This document shows, one piece after another, positions 17,703 to 26,689 of a stretch of DNA of 29,288 bases. Positions within the stretch are counted from its first letter, which is position 1. Every line of letters starts with the position of its first letter. The position numbers and the translations under genes are program-made. Under the pieces are notes generated by a model. It saw only the letters and a list, made by a program, of their open reading frames with translations. It had not been told where the DNA came from and did no database searches. This DNA comes from Pseudomonadota bacterium (GTDB lineage: Bacteria; Bdellovibrionota_B; Oligoflexia; Oligoflexales; CAIYRB01), in contig JANOTL010000168.1 in NCBI GenBank assembly GCA_031416315.1, forward strand, positions 1-29,288, given 5' to 3'.

Positions 17703-19460
17703 ATGGCCGTCCTCGTCACCTGCGATCGCATCTCCAAGTCGTACCATGCGCGTCCTCTTTTCGAGGGCCTGACGTTTGCCATCCACGAGGACCAAAAGGT
17801 CGGCATTGTCGGTCCGAACGGCGCCGGCAAGTCGACGCTGATGCGCCTGGTCGCCGGGGCGGAGCAACCGGACGAGGGCCTCGTCGTGCGCCGACGCGGC
17901 CTCGTCGTCGCTTACGTGCCCCAGGTCTCCACCTTCCCCGAAGGCGCCACGTGCCGCGAGGTCGTCTTGGCCGCCGCGCGTGGCGACGAGCTCGAGGCCG
18001 CGATGGCGCTCAGCCGCTGCGGCTTCGAGGATACCGAGCAAAAGGCGCGCGGCCTGAGCGGCGGCTGGCAAAAGCGCCTGTCCCTCGCCACCGGCATCGC
18101 GCAGCAGCCCGACGTGTTGCTCCTGGACGAACCGACCAACCACTTGGACCTCGAAGGCGTCCTCTGGCTGGAGGATTTTCTCCGCGAGGCGCCGTTCGCG
18201 TGGGCCTGCGTCAGCCACGACCGCCAATTTCTCCAGCGCACCGTGACGCACGTGGTCGAGGTGAGCCGCATTTATCCCACCGGGATCTACGTCTGCGAGG
18301 GCCGTTACAACGACTTCCTCGACCGCCGCACGCAGTACCTCAGCGATCAGGCGAAGAACCAGGCGACGCTCGCCAACAAGGTGAAGCGCGAGACCGACTG
18401 GCTGCGCGCCGGCGTCAAGGCCCGCACCACGAAGTCGAAGAGCCGCATCGAAGCCGCTCACGCGCTCATCGCCGAGCTCGCGACGGTCAAGGGGCGCCGC
18501 GAGGGCCCGTCCGCCGGCATCGACTTCGTCGCCTCGGGCCGCAAGACCAAGCGCCTCGTCGTGGCCGAAGGCGTCGCCAAAAAGCTCGGCGACAAGGTCA
18601 TCGTCAAGAATCTGAACCTGATCCTGGTCCCGAACATGGTGGTCGGCCTGGCCGGCGGCAACGGCACCGGCAAGACCACGATCCTGAAGCTCCTCGCCGG
18701 CGAATACGCGGTCGACGCCGGAACGGTCACGCACGCCGATAAACTAAAAGTAGTTTATTTCGACCAAAGCCGCGACCAGCTCGACCCGACCAAAACCTTG
18801 AAGCAGACGCTGAGCCCCGAGGGCGACGCGGTCATCTTTCAAGGCCGCTCGATCCACGTGGCGGGCTGGGCCAAACGCTTCAACTTCGCGGTCGAGCAGC
18901 TCGCGCTCCCGGTCGGCGAGCTCTCCGGCGGCGAGCAAGCCCGCACCTTGATCGCGCAGTTGATGCTGACGCCGGCCGACGTCCTGCTCCTCGACGAGCC
19001 GACCAACGACCTCGACCTTCCGACGCTGGAAGCGCTCGAGGAGAGCCTGAGCGAGTTCCCCGGCTGCGTCGTCCTCGTGTCCCACGACCGATTCCTGATC
19101 GACAGCGTCTGCGACGTCATCGTCGGCCTCGACGGCTACGGCGGGAGCAAGATCTACGCGGACCGTGAGCAATGGCAGAAGGACGCGCTGACGCCCGCCG
19201 GCCGCCCGAAAAAGCAGGTCGAGGAGCGCGTCGACCGCCCGGAGCGCACGGTGGGGATCGAGGCCTCGCGCGAGGCGAAGGACGTCGAGGCGCAGATCGC
19301 CAAGACCGAGGCGCGCATCTCCGATCTGACGATCAAGCTCGGCGATCCGGCCGTCTCCGGCAACGCCGCGAAGCTGGCCGCGACCTCGAAGGACCTGCGC
19401 ACCGCCGAGCTCGACGTCGAGCGCCTCTACGCACGGCTCTCCGCGCTCGAAGGCAAGTAG
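17703..19460 (+). CDS. uup: ABC-F family ATPase (Uup-like)
   Basis: Two ABC domains (GPNGAGKS/LSGGWQKR/DEPTN and GGNGTGKT/LSGGEQAR/DEPTN), no TM segments, linker GVKARTTKSKSRI, C-terminal coiled coil. Start at ATG 17703. Confidence 0.88.
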   Translation: MAVLVTCDRISKSYHARPLFEGLTFAIHEDQKVGIVGPNGAGKSTLMRLVAGAEQPDEGLVVRRRGLVVAYVPQVSTFPEGATCREVVLAAARGDELEAAMALSRCGFEDTEQKARGLSGGWQKRLSLATGIAQQPDVLLLDEPTNHLDLEGVLWLEDFLREAPFAWACVSHDRQFLQRTVTHVVEVSRIYPTGIYVCEGRYNDFLDRRTQYLSDQAKNQATLANKVKRETDWLRAGVKARTTKSKSRIEAAHALIAELATVKGRREGPSAGIDFVASGRKTKRLVVAEGVAKKLGDKVIVKNLNLILVPNMVVGLAGGNGTGKTTILKLLAGEYAVDAGTVTHADKLKVVYFDQSRDQLDPTKTLKQTLSPEGDAVIFQGRSIHVAGWAKRFNFAVEQLALPVGELSGGEQARTLIAQLMLTPADVLLLDEPTNDLDLPTLEALEESLSEFPGCVVLVSHDRFLIDSVCDVIVGLDGYGGSKIYADREQWQKDALTPAGRPKKQVEERVDRPERTVGIEASREAKDVEAQIAKTEARISDLTIKLGDPAVSGNAAKLAATSKDLRTAELDVERLYARLSALEGK

Positions 19461-19586
19461 GGCAAGCTCACCCGATAGCCAAACTGCTCGATCTCACGAC
19501 CGGAAGCACGCGCCATCGTTGACTCATTCGCGTTCTGCGCGGCTTTCTCGACCCCGTGGCGACCTGGGTCAACATGCTCGTGCCTG

Positions 19587-19602
19587 CGGCCCTCGAATTG
19601 CA
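19587..19602 (+). promoter_or_regulatory. Putative sigma54 promoter
   Basis: CGGCCCTCGAATTGCA (GG 19588-19589, GC 19600-19601), 42 nt upstream of the cheB-like ATG. Confidence 0.45.
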
Positions 19603-19642
19603 TTCAACCTGGGATGTCCATCGATGAAACGGAAGCCGCAAG

Positions 19643-20230
19643 ATGAGATCACAAAATTTGAATGCGCCCGACGCGGCCGCTTACGTCGTCGGCATCGGCG
19701 GCTCGGCCGGCGGCCTCCTCGCCTACCGCGCCTTGTTGGACGCGCTGCCCTCGGATACGGGCATGGCGTTTGTCATCGTCGCGCACATGAGCCCTTCGGG
19801 TGAGAGTCTGCTCCCAGGGATCCTGGCGCGCTCGACGACCATGCCCGTCGCCCAGGCGAAGGAAGGGATGCGGATCGAGCCCAACCGGGTCTACGTCATT
19901 CCGCCGAACGTCGATCTCCTGCTCGTGGACGACGTCTTCAAGATCGTAACGCCGCGCACCATGGATCGCGGCCGCCATCGTCAGGTCGACGAGTTCCTGA
20001 TCTCCTTGGCCGAGTCCAGGGGGACCCGCGCCGTCGGCATCATCCTCTCGGGAGGCGACGGCGACGGCACGGCGGGCTGCATGCAGATCAAAGAGCACGG
20101 TGGGACGACGTTCGCGCAGGACCTCTCCGCCGAAGTCGACAGCATGCCTTTGAGCGCGCGCGCTTCGGGATGCGTCGACTTCGTGCTGGCGCCGGCGGAG
20201 ATCGCAGCCCGCCTGGCGAAGATGGTCTAG
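19643..20230 (+). CDS. cheB: Stand-alone CheB-type methylesterase domain protein
   Basis: IGGSAGG (Ser), AHM (His), ILSGGDGDG (Asp), SMP. No receiver domain. Confidence 0.85.
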   Translation: MRSQNLNAPDAAAYVVGIGGSAGGLLAYRALLDALPSDTGMAFVIVAHMSPSGESLLPGILARSTTMPVAQAKEGMRIEPNRVYVIPPNVDLLLVDDVFKIVTPRTMDRGRHRQVDEFLISLAESRGTRAVGIILSGGDGDGTAGCMQIKEHGGTTFAQDLSAEVDSMPLSARASGCVDFVLAPAEIAARLAKMV

Positions 20231-20304
20231 GTCTTATACGGGCGGCATCCGGGAGCCGAACACCGGCAGGCGATCCGATCCGGCTCGGCTCTCTCGCCGT
20301 GATT

Positions 20305-20859
20305 TCAGGCTTTCGGCGACACGCGGGCCGGCGCGACGGGACGATAACTCCGCACCAGCCGCCGCAGTTCCTGGTAGGTCGCGTCGAACGCGGCACGCGT
20401 CGGCGCCGCGAGCGTGAAGCCGACGACGAGGTCGCCGCCCGCTTTCAGCCAGGCGACGCAGGAATAGGGCGCGACCGCCGCGGCCGCTTCCGGCGGGATC
20501 TCGCCGAAGTATTTGCTCACCACGATCTGCTGCCCGAACATGGCGATCGGATCGCCGTCGCGCATCTCGACGGTCGACCGAGCCGCTTTGTGCGCCGCTC
20601 GGTTCCGCACGATCAAATCCGGAACGCTCGGCTCGCGCACGGTCACCACGGTCAATACCGCGCCGTTCGCGTGGACGAGGCGCGCGCATTCGGCCTTTTC
20701 CGCCGCCGCCGGAGCGAACGACCCGCCGCCCTCGACCGAATACACGAGGTCGGCGGCGGCGCAGGTGAAGAGCGTCGGGCCTTCGGCCGCCGCATCGGCG
20801 CGCGGGGTCGCGGGCAGTGCCAAGGACGAAAGGACGCAGATTTGGGCCAGAAAGCGCAT
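20305..20859 (-). CDS. Hypothetical secreted protein
   Basis: Signal peptide MRFLAQICVLSSLALPATPRA-DAA, 184 aa. Confidence 0.65.
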   Translation of the reverse strand: MRFLAQICVLSSLALPATPRADAAAEGPTLFTCAAADLVYSVEGGGSFAPAAAEKAECARLVHANGAVLTVVTVREPSVPDLIVRNRAAHKAARSTVEMRDGDPIAMFGQQIVVSKYFGEIPPEAAAAVAPYSCVAWLKAGGDLVVGFTLAAPTRAAFDATYQELRRLVRSYRPVAPARVSPKA

Positions 20860-21093
20860 AGGAATGTCTACGAGTTCGCGCCGGGCTTCGTCAACCGGTC
20901 ACAACGTCGGACTGGGACGTGCGCCAACGCCAGGCGGCGAGGAATGCCGCTGTTACCGGGATGTTGCATGCGCAAGCTTGAAGATCCGATCGGCGGACGG
21001 GACGGTGAGGCTCATGTTTCTATTTTAGGAGCCGATTCCGGCCTGTTCACGCTTCTTGCAAAGGCGTTCCCATCTCTAGCGGAGGGCTCTCTT

Positions 21094-21498
21094 ATGCAAA
21101 GAAACCTATCAAATCTGGAACGCGGGCTCTCGATCGCCGTAGGCGTCGCCAGCGTTTTGCCGGCGTTTCGAGGCGCAAAAAACGCTCGGATCGCGCTCAA
21201 GGTCGCTTCCGCCCTCGTGGCGACGGGGCTCGTCGGACGCGGTCTGTCGGGACGCTGCCCGCTTCTGAAGGCCCTCGGCCGTGACAAGCTGCCGTCAAAT
21301 GGAGACGAGGCTCACCCGAAATCGCTCTTGGTGAACAAGCGCCTCGCCGACGTGCGCGCCGCGCTCGACGACGAAGTCCTGGACTCCCTGAGCCTGAGCT
21401 CGGCTCCGGACGGGCGCCGCACTCGCATTCGGCCGCGCGCCGACGCCGATCTGAAGTTCGAGGATCTCGTCGGCCTGAAGGCGCAGATTGAGACTTGA
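21094..21498 (+). CDS. DUF2892/YgaP-like membrane protein
   Basis: GGAGG plus ATG 21094. RNLSNLERGLSIAVG...GLVGRGLSGRCPLLKALG (N...ER...CP pattern). Confidence 0.75.
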   Translation: MQRNLSNLERGLSIAVGVASVLPAFRGAKNARIALKVASALVATGLVGRGLSGRCPLLKALGRDKLPSNGDEAHPKSLLVNKRLADVRAALDDEVLDSLSLSSAPDGRRTRIRPRADADLKFEDLVGLKAQIET

Positions 21499-21502
21499 GG
21501 CC

Positions 21503-21958
21503 TCAATTCACGCCGCAGATGTACGCTGGTTTCGTCTCAGAGGTCGGCGTGCAGTATGAGATCCAGTCCCCGTTCAAATAATGCGCGTAGCCAAAAACCC
21601 ATCGCACGACGTCGGTGTCGGCCTGCAACGCGATTTGATCCGGAAACACGTCGGGCTCGACGCCGTTGACGCTATAGCACCAACCGTATGCGCGCATCTC
21701 GACGCCGCTCAATATCTCGAGCGCCGCATCGCCAGTGACCGTGCCGCGGATCGAGCTGATGCCGCCGGCTTCACCGACAAACGGAACCTCGTGCGCCGTG
21801 AGCGTCGCGACGGTCGCTTCGCCGGCACTATCGCCGACGCGGGCTTCGGCTTGAGCCTCGAGCCAATTGCCGTCGGAGCAGGGGTCGGCCACCACGAGGC
21901 GAATGCCTAGGCTCTCGGTCGAGGTCACTATGGCTGCGATCAGGAATAGTTTATTCAT
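21503..21958 (-). CDS. Secreted protein with DUF4430-like domain
   Basis: Signal-like MNKLFLIAAIV, GISSIRG, GWCYSVNGVEPD...DVVRWVFGY. Confidence 0.65.
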   Translation of the reverse strand: MNKLFLIAAIVTSTESLGIRLVVADPCSDGNWLEAQAEARVGDSAGEATVATLTAHEVPFVGEAGGISSIRGTVTGDAALEILSGVEMRAYGWCYSVNGVEPDVFPDQIALQADTDVVRWVFGYAHYLNGDWISYCTPTSETKPAYICGVN

Positions 21959-21996
21959 GCGCCGGAGTGGAGCACGCAGCCTCAATCAAAACAAGG

Positions 21997-22061
21997 ACTT
22001 CTAAGAGATTAACAGTATGTTAATAGTGTATCTTAACATTTGATAACACTTCTAATGTAAC
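21997..22061. promoter_or_regulatory. AT-rich divergent control region with palindromic operator
   Basis: Perfect ATTAACA-GTA-TGTTAAT (22008-22024), further TAACA units, direct repeat ACTTCTAA (21997 and 22048). Confidence 0.6.
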
Positions 22062-22120
22062 TCGTGGCAAGATCCGCCCCGGTCCCGCACAACTTCTGCG
22101 TGCCTCTTGGAAGCCTTCCC

Positions 22121-25100
22121 ATGAACACCGCCAAATCCCTGCGTCGTGTCAGCGCTCTCATCCTCGTCGCCGCCTTCGCGCAAGCGTGCGGCGCGAAGGG
22201 CTCGTCGCGAGACGACTCCCCAGCGCCAACCGGCGGTCCGGGCAAGCCGACCGTCGAGGCGACGCCTTCGCCCGCGCCGGGCCAGCCGCATACCCCCACT
22301 CAATCGCCGAACCCGGGCCAGCCGCCGCAACCGGGTCAGCCCGCGCCCGCGCCGACGGGTCCGACCCCGGTCAACGCGCAGCTCGTGCTCTCGCTCGCCA
22401 ACTTCGACTCCGACGTCGCGACCGACGAGCAAGCGCTCCAAGTCTTGAGCTTGCGGTGCCAAAGCTGCCACGGCGCGCAGAGCGGGGCGCGCTGGAATCT
22501 GACGGTTCTGCCGTCGCCCATGCAATGGGCCGAGATCAAACGCCGCGTCGAGCTCGACGTGGGCACGCCCGGTCATATGCCGATCGGCGTCGCGATCTCC
22601 GGCGACGAGAAGGCGAGTCTCGTCGGCTGGCTTGACCAGCGCCTCGCGCCGCCGACCGACGATCCCTTCTTTGACTACGCCGTCACCATCGACGCGCAGA
22701 CGCCCGAGAAAATCGCTCCGGGACGCTTCGTCCTCCCGCTTGGGCAAAGGGCGGCCGGCCAGCTCGTGAGCTTTGAGGTCACGATCACCGGCAAAGATCA
22801 GATCGCCCGCGTGACGACGCTCGCGGGCCTTCCCGTGCCGTCCGACGGCATCGTCTACCAGACCGTCACGGTCGAGCCGCGCGACACGACCGTGCCGGCC
22901 CTCGTCGATCGGGCTCTTCGCGCCTCGAGCATCACCGACACGAGCCTGCGTCTCGCCTGGAGCGCGGCGACCGACGACCGCCCGACCGAAGACCTCACGT
23001 ACGCCCTTTCCCGCGACGGTCAAATCGTCGAAGGAGTGCAAGCAGAGGCCGGCGGCTTCTTCGCCGACGTCGCCGGCCTCGCGCCAGGCCAAAGCTACGG
23101 GTTCGCGGTCATCGTCCGTGACCTCAGCGGCAACGAGACCGCCTATCTACCTCTCCGCGCGACGACGACCGGCCCGGTCGAGACGCACCTCGATCTACGC
23201 CTCACGACGACCGGCTCGCAGCTCGTTCCGGACGGCCGCGCGCTCGAGCTCCTCAAGAATCGCTGCCAAACCTGCCACAACCCGCAAAATCCGCCGCGCT
23301 GGGACCTCACCGTCCTGCCCTTGCGCGCGAATTGGGCCGAGATCACGCGTCGCATCAACCTGGACGAGCACGCGATCGGCCACATGCCGATGGGCGCCGC
23401 GATGCCGCGCGATGAGCTCGGGACCTTGAACCGCTGGTTCGCCGAGCAACAAAGCCCGGCCGACATCTTCGCGGGCTACACCGTGCGCGCTTTCGACGGC
23501 GCGACCAACGCCGAGCTGACGGCCGCGCCGCTGAGCCAAGGCCGCACGCGCATCGCGCTCGGCCTGCGCCGCCCCGCTGCCGCCCTTAAAGTGAAGGTCC
23601 TCGTGACCGGCGCCGACGGCATTGCGCAGAACTTCGCCGTGCCCTTGACCGTCGCCGCCAACGGCGCTTCGCTGGAAGGCCTCGCCGTCTTCGCCCGCGA
23701 CAGCACGGCACCGGTCGTCACGACGCCGACGCTGCGCGCCGCGGATTTGACGGCGACGTCGGTGACCGTGTCGCTAGAGGCCGCGACCGACGACCGTCCG
23801 ACGCAGCACCTGACGTATTTGATGTATCGCTCCGACGTCCAACAACTCGATTCCCTCGACGAGATCACGCAGCACGGCGTGCGCGTCGGCTCCGATTTGA
23901 GCGGCACCGGCGCCCTCTCTGTCGACGTGGCGGGCCTCGAAGCCTCGCGCACTTACTACTTCAACGTCGTGGTCCGTGACCGCACCGGCAACGAGTCGGT
24001 CTACGCGAAGCTTTCGGTGCTGACCTTGCCGCTCGTGTTCTGCGAGGAGATCCAGCAGATCGGCAGCATCCGCGCGTGGCGTAACGGCCTCGTGCAGCGG
24101 ATCCAGCTCGGCGCCATCGCGGACGGCGAGATCGTCGAGCAGGTGAACCGTTGCTTCCCGACCGAGAAGCCGCAGTGCGTCGAGCGCGTCGTCACCTACG
24201 CGCAACGCGACGACGTCGCGCCCTCCGGCTCCGACGGCACGATCGAAGACGTCCCGCAGAAGCGGCCGCCGAATGAGATCAAGGACGCCGTCACCGGCAA
24301 ATATTGGATCCCGGACGACATCGAGCAAATCGCCAAGGACAAGGGCTGGACCTCGGTCCGCTACAAGAGTCGCCACGCCGGCGGCTTCGACTCCGGCACG
24401 CCGAACCTCCTCATGGTCTACGTCCCCGGCGACAAGGTGAGCCCTCCGGTGAAGTTCGACCGTTGGCTCAACTTCCCGCTGCCGCAGGACGACGACGAGC
24501 CGGCCTCCGGCCTGCCGCAAAGCCCGCGCCCAAAATTCGGCCCGCCGAGCCGCGAGGACTACGCGCTACCGAACAGCTTCCCCAGCACCTTCACCATGGT
24601 CTCCCAGGACCGCGCCGAGGACGGCAAACCCGCCGTGGTTTACTTCCAGATGTTCGGCCGCGGCAACGGCTACACCTTCGAGCCGCGCGGCGCCGTCGGC
24701 ATGCGCGGCTGCGTCAGCTGCCACCCGAACGGCCTACGCGCCATCAGCCCTCTCGGTTACCACGTGCGGGAGGGCGAGGAGCGCCTGCCCGACGAGGACT
24801 GGAAAGCGGTCGAGCTCATCAACCGCATGATGGTCGAGCGCGCCGGATTCAAGGCCGCGACCTGGGGCGAAGGCCTGACGAACGGCGAAAAGAAGCCGCT
24901 CTATCGCGCCGAGCGCGGCCCGATCATGGGCCCCGCCGCTCCGGCCAACGGCATCAGCAGAAAGCCCGCCTTCATCCTCGGCGGCACGATCAACGGCCAG
25001 CAGGTCGACGGTTGCTTCAAGCGCCGCTCGACGATCACCGTCCGAGACATCTTCGGTCGCAGCCCCGGAATGTACGAGCCGACCTACAAGTTCAAGCTCT

Positions 25101-25414
25101 CGCCTTCGCCCGTGATCGACGCGAACAAGGTCATCAGCGCAATGAACTGCGAAGGCTGCCACGTCAACGGCCAGCGCTGGCCGATCAACGAGGACACGGG
25201 CATCGCCCAGGTGCAGTTCAAGGTGCTGGTCGACCAGTCGATGCCGCTCGGCATGCACCTCAACCCGCGGGAGCCCGGCAACGACACCGACCACGTCGTC
25301 GATCATCTGACGCCTGACGAGCGCTTCGCGCTGGTGAACTGCCTCGAAGCGGAGTTCGAGCTTGAGCGTGCCAACCTCGACAAGTGGCTGAAGCAGGTCG
25401 ATTGCCAGCAGTAA
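22121..25414 (+). CDS. Large multiheme c-type cytochrome lipoprotein with two (cytochrome c + FN3) repeats and a C-terminal diheme region
   Basis: Lipobox AQAC, Pro-rich tether. CQSCH (22457), CQTCH (23264), CVSCH (24710), CEGCH (25148). GHMP distal Met motifs. FN3 signatures LAWSAATDD...GLAPGQSYGFAVIVRDLSGN, repeated. Confidence 0.85.
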   Translation: MNTAKSLRRVSALILVAAFAQACGAKGSSRDDSPAPTGGPGKPTVEATPSPAPGQPHTPTQSPNPGQPPQPGQPAPAPTGPTPVNAQLVLSLANFDSDVATDEQALQVLSLRCQSCHGAQSGARWNLTVLPSPMQWAEIKRRVELDVGTPGHMPIGVAISGDEKASLVGWLDQRLAPPTDDPFFDYAVTIDAQTPEKIAPGRFVLPLGQRAAGQLVSFEVTITGKDQIARVTTLAGLPVPSDGIVYQTVTVEPRDTTVPALVDRALRASSITDTSLRLAWSAATDDRPTEDLTYALSRDGQIVEGVQAEAGGFFADVAGLAPGQSYGFAVIVRDLSGNETAYLPLRATTTGPVETHLDLRLTTTGSQLVPDGRALELLKNRCQTCHNPQNPPRWDLTVLPLRANWAEITRRINLDEHAIGHMPMGAAMPRDELGTLNRWFAEQQSPADIFAGYTVRAFDGATNAELTAAPLSQGRTRIALGLRRPAAALKVKVLVTGADGIAQNFAVPLTVAANGASLEGLAVFARDSTAPVVTTPTLRAADLTATSVTVSLEAATDDRPTQHLTYLMYRSDVQQLDSLDEITQHGVRVGSDLSGTGALSVDVAGLEASRTYYFNVVVRDRTGNESVYAKLSVLTLPLVFCEEIQQIGSIRAWRNGLVQRIQLGAIADGEIVEQVNRCFPTEKPQCVERVVTYAQRDDVAPSGSDGTIEDVPQKRPPNEIKDAVTGKYWIPDDIEQIAKDKGWTSVRYKSRHAGGFDSGTPNLLMVYVPGDKVSPPVKFDRWLNFPLPQDDDEPASGLPQSPRPKFGPPSREDYALPNSFPSTFTMVSQDRAEDGKPAVVYFQMFGRGNGYTFEPRGAVGMRGCVSCHPNGLRAISPLGYHVREGEERLPDEDWKAVELINRMMVERAGFKAATWGEGLTNGEKKPLYRAERGPIMGPAAPANGISRKPAFILGGTINGQQVDGCFKRRSTITVRDIFGRSPGMYEPTYKFKLSPSPVIDANKVISAMNCEGCHVNGQRWPINEDTGIAQVQFKVLVDQSMPLGMHLNPREPGNDTDHVVDHLTPDERFALVNCLEAEFELERANLDKWLKQVDCQQ

Positions 25415-25576
25415 TTGGGGCGTCAGGACGGGCAGTCATGATCCCGAGTCATGAGTCGCTCAGTTTAGAAACGAGCTCTGAAAAAAGTCCAAACGGATCA
25501 TCCGTTCGCACTCAGCCAACTTCGAACAGGTGACCCTGTACGGTATCAGTGATACCCTGAGTAGAGGTCACCCGAG

Positions 25577-26518
25577 ATGAGCGACAAAAGGGCGGATACC
25601 TCTCAGCTGGCGCGCGAACGGACCGATGCGAGCCTCGCGCAGGAGCGCGAGCACGTCGACGCCGACATCGAGCTGTCGCCAACGCGCGCGCAGGCCTTAC
25701 GACAGGCCCTGGAACGCTCGCGCAATTACGAGAGAGAGCGCGAGGCGACGGACGCCGACCTAAGCACCGAGCGTCAAGTCTCCACGTGGCTCTTGAGCCT
25801 CGAGCGAGCCGCGCACGAAGAGACCAAGGCGACCCTGACGACCCGCGACGAATTCCTCGCAATCGTCAGCCACGACCTACGGAGTCCCTTGAGCGCCATC
25901 CTCCACGGCACCGAGATGCTCAATTCCAACCGCGCTGTCGAAGGCAGCGAAAACGCCGGCCGCACGGTCGAGGGCATCCGCCGCAACGCGGCGGGCATGC
26001 TGCGCATGATCGACGACCTCCTCGACGTCGAGCGCCTCGCCGTCGGCAAGCTGGAGCTCGTCACGCGCGACCACGATCTGCGGAAGCTCGTCAGCAACGT
26101 GATGGAGATGTTCGCGTCGCGGGCACAGGAAAAGGCGCTCAGCCTCTCCGTCGACCTCCCCGAGGCGCCTGTGGTCGTGAGCTGCGACGGTGACCGCGTC
26201 ATGCAGGTTCTGACCAATCTGGTCAGCAACGCCGTCAAGTTCACGAGCCGCGGCGGCGCCGTCGTCATCTCGGTCTGCCGCGGCGAGAACTCGGGGCTCG
26301 TCTCGGTCGGCGACACCGGCCCCGGTATCCCGGTCGAGGCGCGCGGCAAGATCTTCGAACGCTTCTCCCAGCTTCCGAGCGGCAATCGCACGGGCCTCGG
26401 CCTCGGCCTCTTCATCGCCAAATCCATCATTTGCGCGCACGAAGGCAAGCTTTGGGTCGCCTCGGCCGTCGGCGAAGGCAGCGTGTTTTCCTTTGCCTTG
26501 CGGTTGGCCGACCACTAG
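25577..26518 (+). CDS. Cytoplasmic sensor histidine kinase (orphan)
   Basis: VSHDLRSPL, NLVSNAVKFT, DTGPGI, GLGLGL. N-terminal coiled coil, no TM. Confidence 0.92.
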   Translation: MSDKRADTSQLARERTDASLAQEREHVDADIELSPTRAQALRQALERSRNYEREREATDADLSTERQVSTWLLSLERAAHEETKATLTTRDEFLAIVSHDLRSPLSAILHGTEMLNSNRAVEGSENAGRTVEGIRRNAAGMLRMIDDLLDVERLAVGKLELVTRDHDLRKLVSNVMEMFASRAQEKALSLSVDLPEAPVVVSCDGDRVMQVLTNLVSNAVKFTSRGGAVVISVCRGENSGLVSVGDTGPGIPVEARGKIFERFSQLPSGNRTGLGLGLFIAKSIICAHEGKLWVASAVGEGSVFSFALRLADH

Positions 26519-26650
26519 GGGCGTGAGGAGACCGTGACGCACGCGAACGCGCCGCGGCCGAGCCCCGCGTCGCCGCGCACCTGAGCCTCGACGTCGTGAT
26601 CGAGATCCTGCGCGGGCGGGCGGGCGAACGGCTGCCGCAATAGCTCCCGT

Positions 26651-26683
26651 TCAACTGCCCTAAATGACATGTAGAGCAGCTTA
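26651..26683 (+). mobile_element. 33-bp mini-element made of abutted IRL and IRR of the copy-2 type
   Basis: TCAACTGCCCTAAATG matches copy-2 IRL 14/16. CATGTAGAGCAGCTTA matches copy-2 IRR 13/16. Confidence 0.65.
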
Positions 26684-26689
26684 TAACTC

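Noticed and set aside
19480..19489. CAAACTGCTC matching the copy 2 IRR tip (also TAAACTG near 10330 and 25461-25467)
   Set aside because: Matches are only 7-10 bp, with no partner IR or duplication, and are compatible with chance.
20170..21093. Long N-terminal extension of the 442-aa ORF, and similar extensions at 17403, 16807, 5688 and 27437
   Set aside because: Better downstream starts exist, with RBS, signal peptides or domain boundaries. The extensions overlap other genes or lack conserved content.
22220..22370. Repetitive DNA as a possible CRISPR array or tandem repeat
   Set aside because: It encodes the Pro/Gln-rich linker. No constant repeat-spacer pattern was seen anywhere in the window.
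26519..26643. Short ORF remnant after the kinase (GAGGAG then GTG)
   Set aside because: Only 16 codons in that frame and no recognisable similarity.
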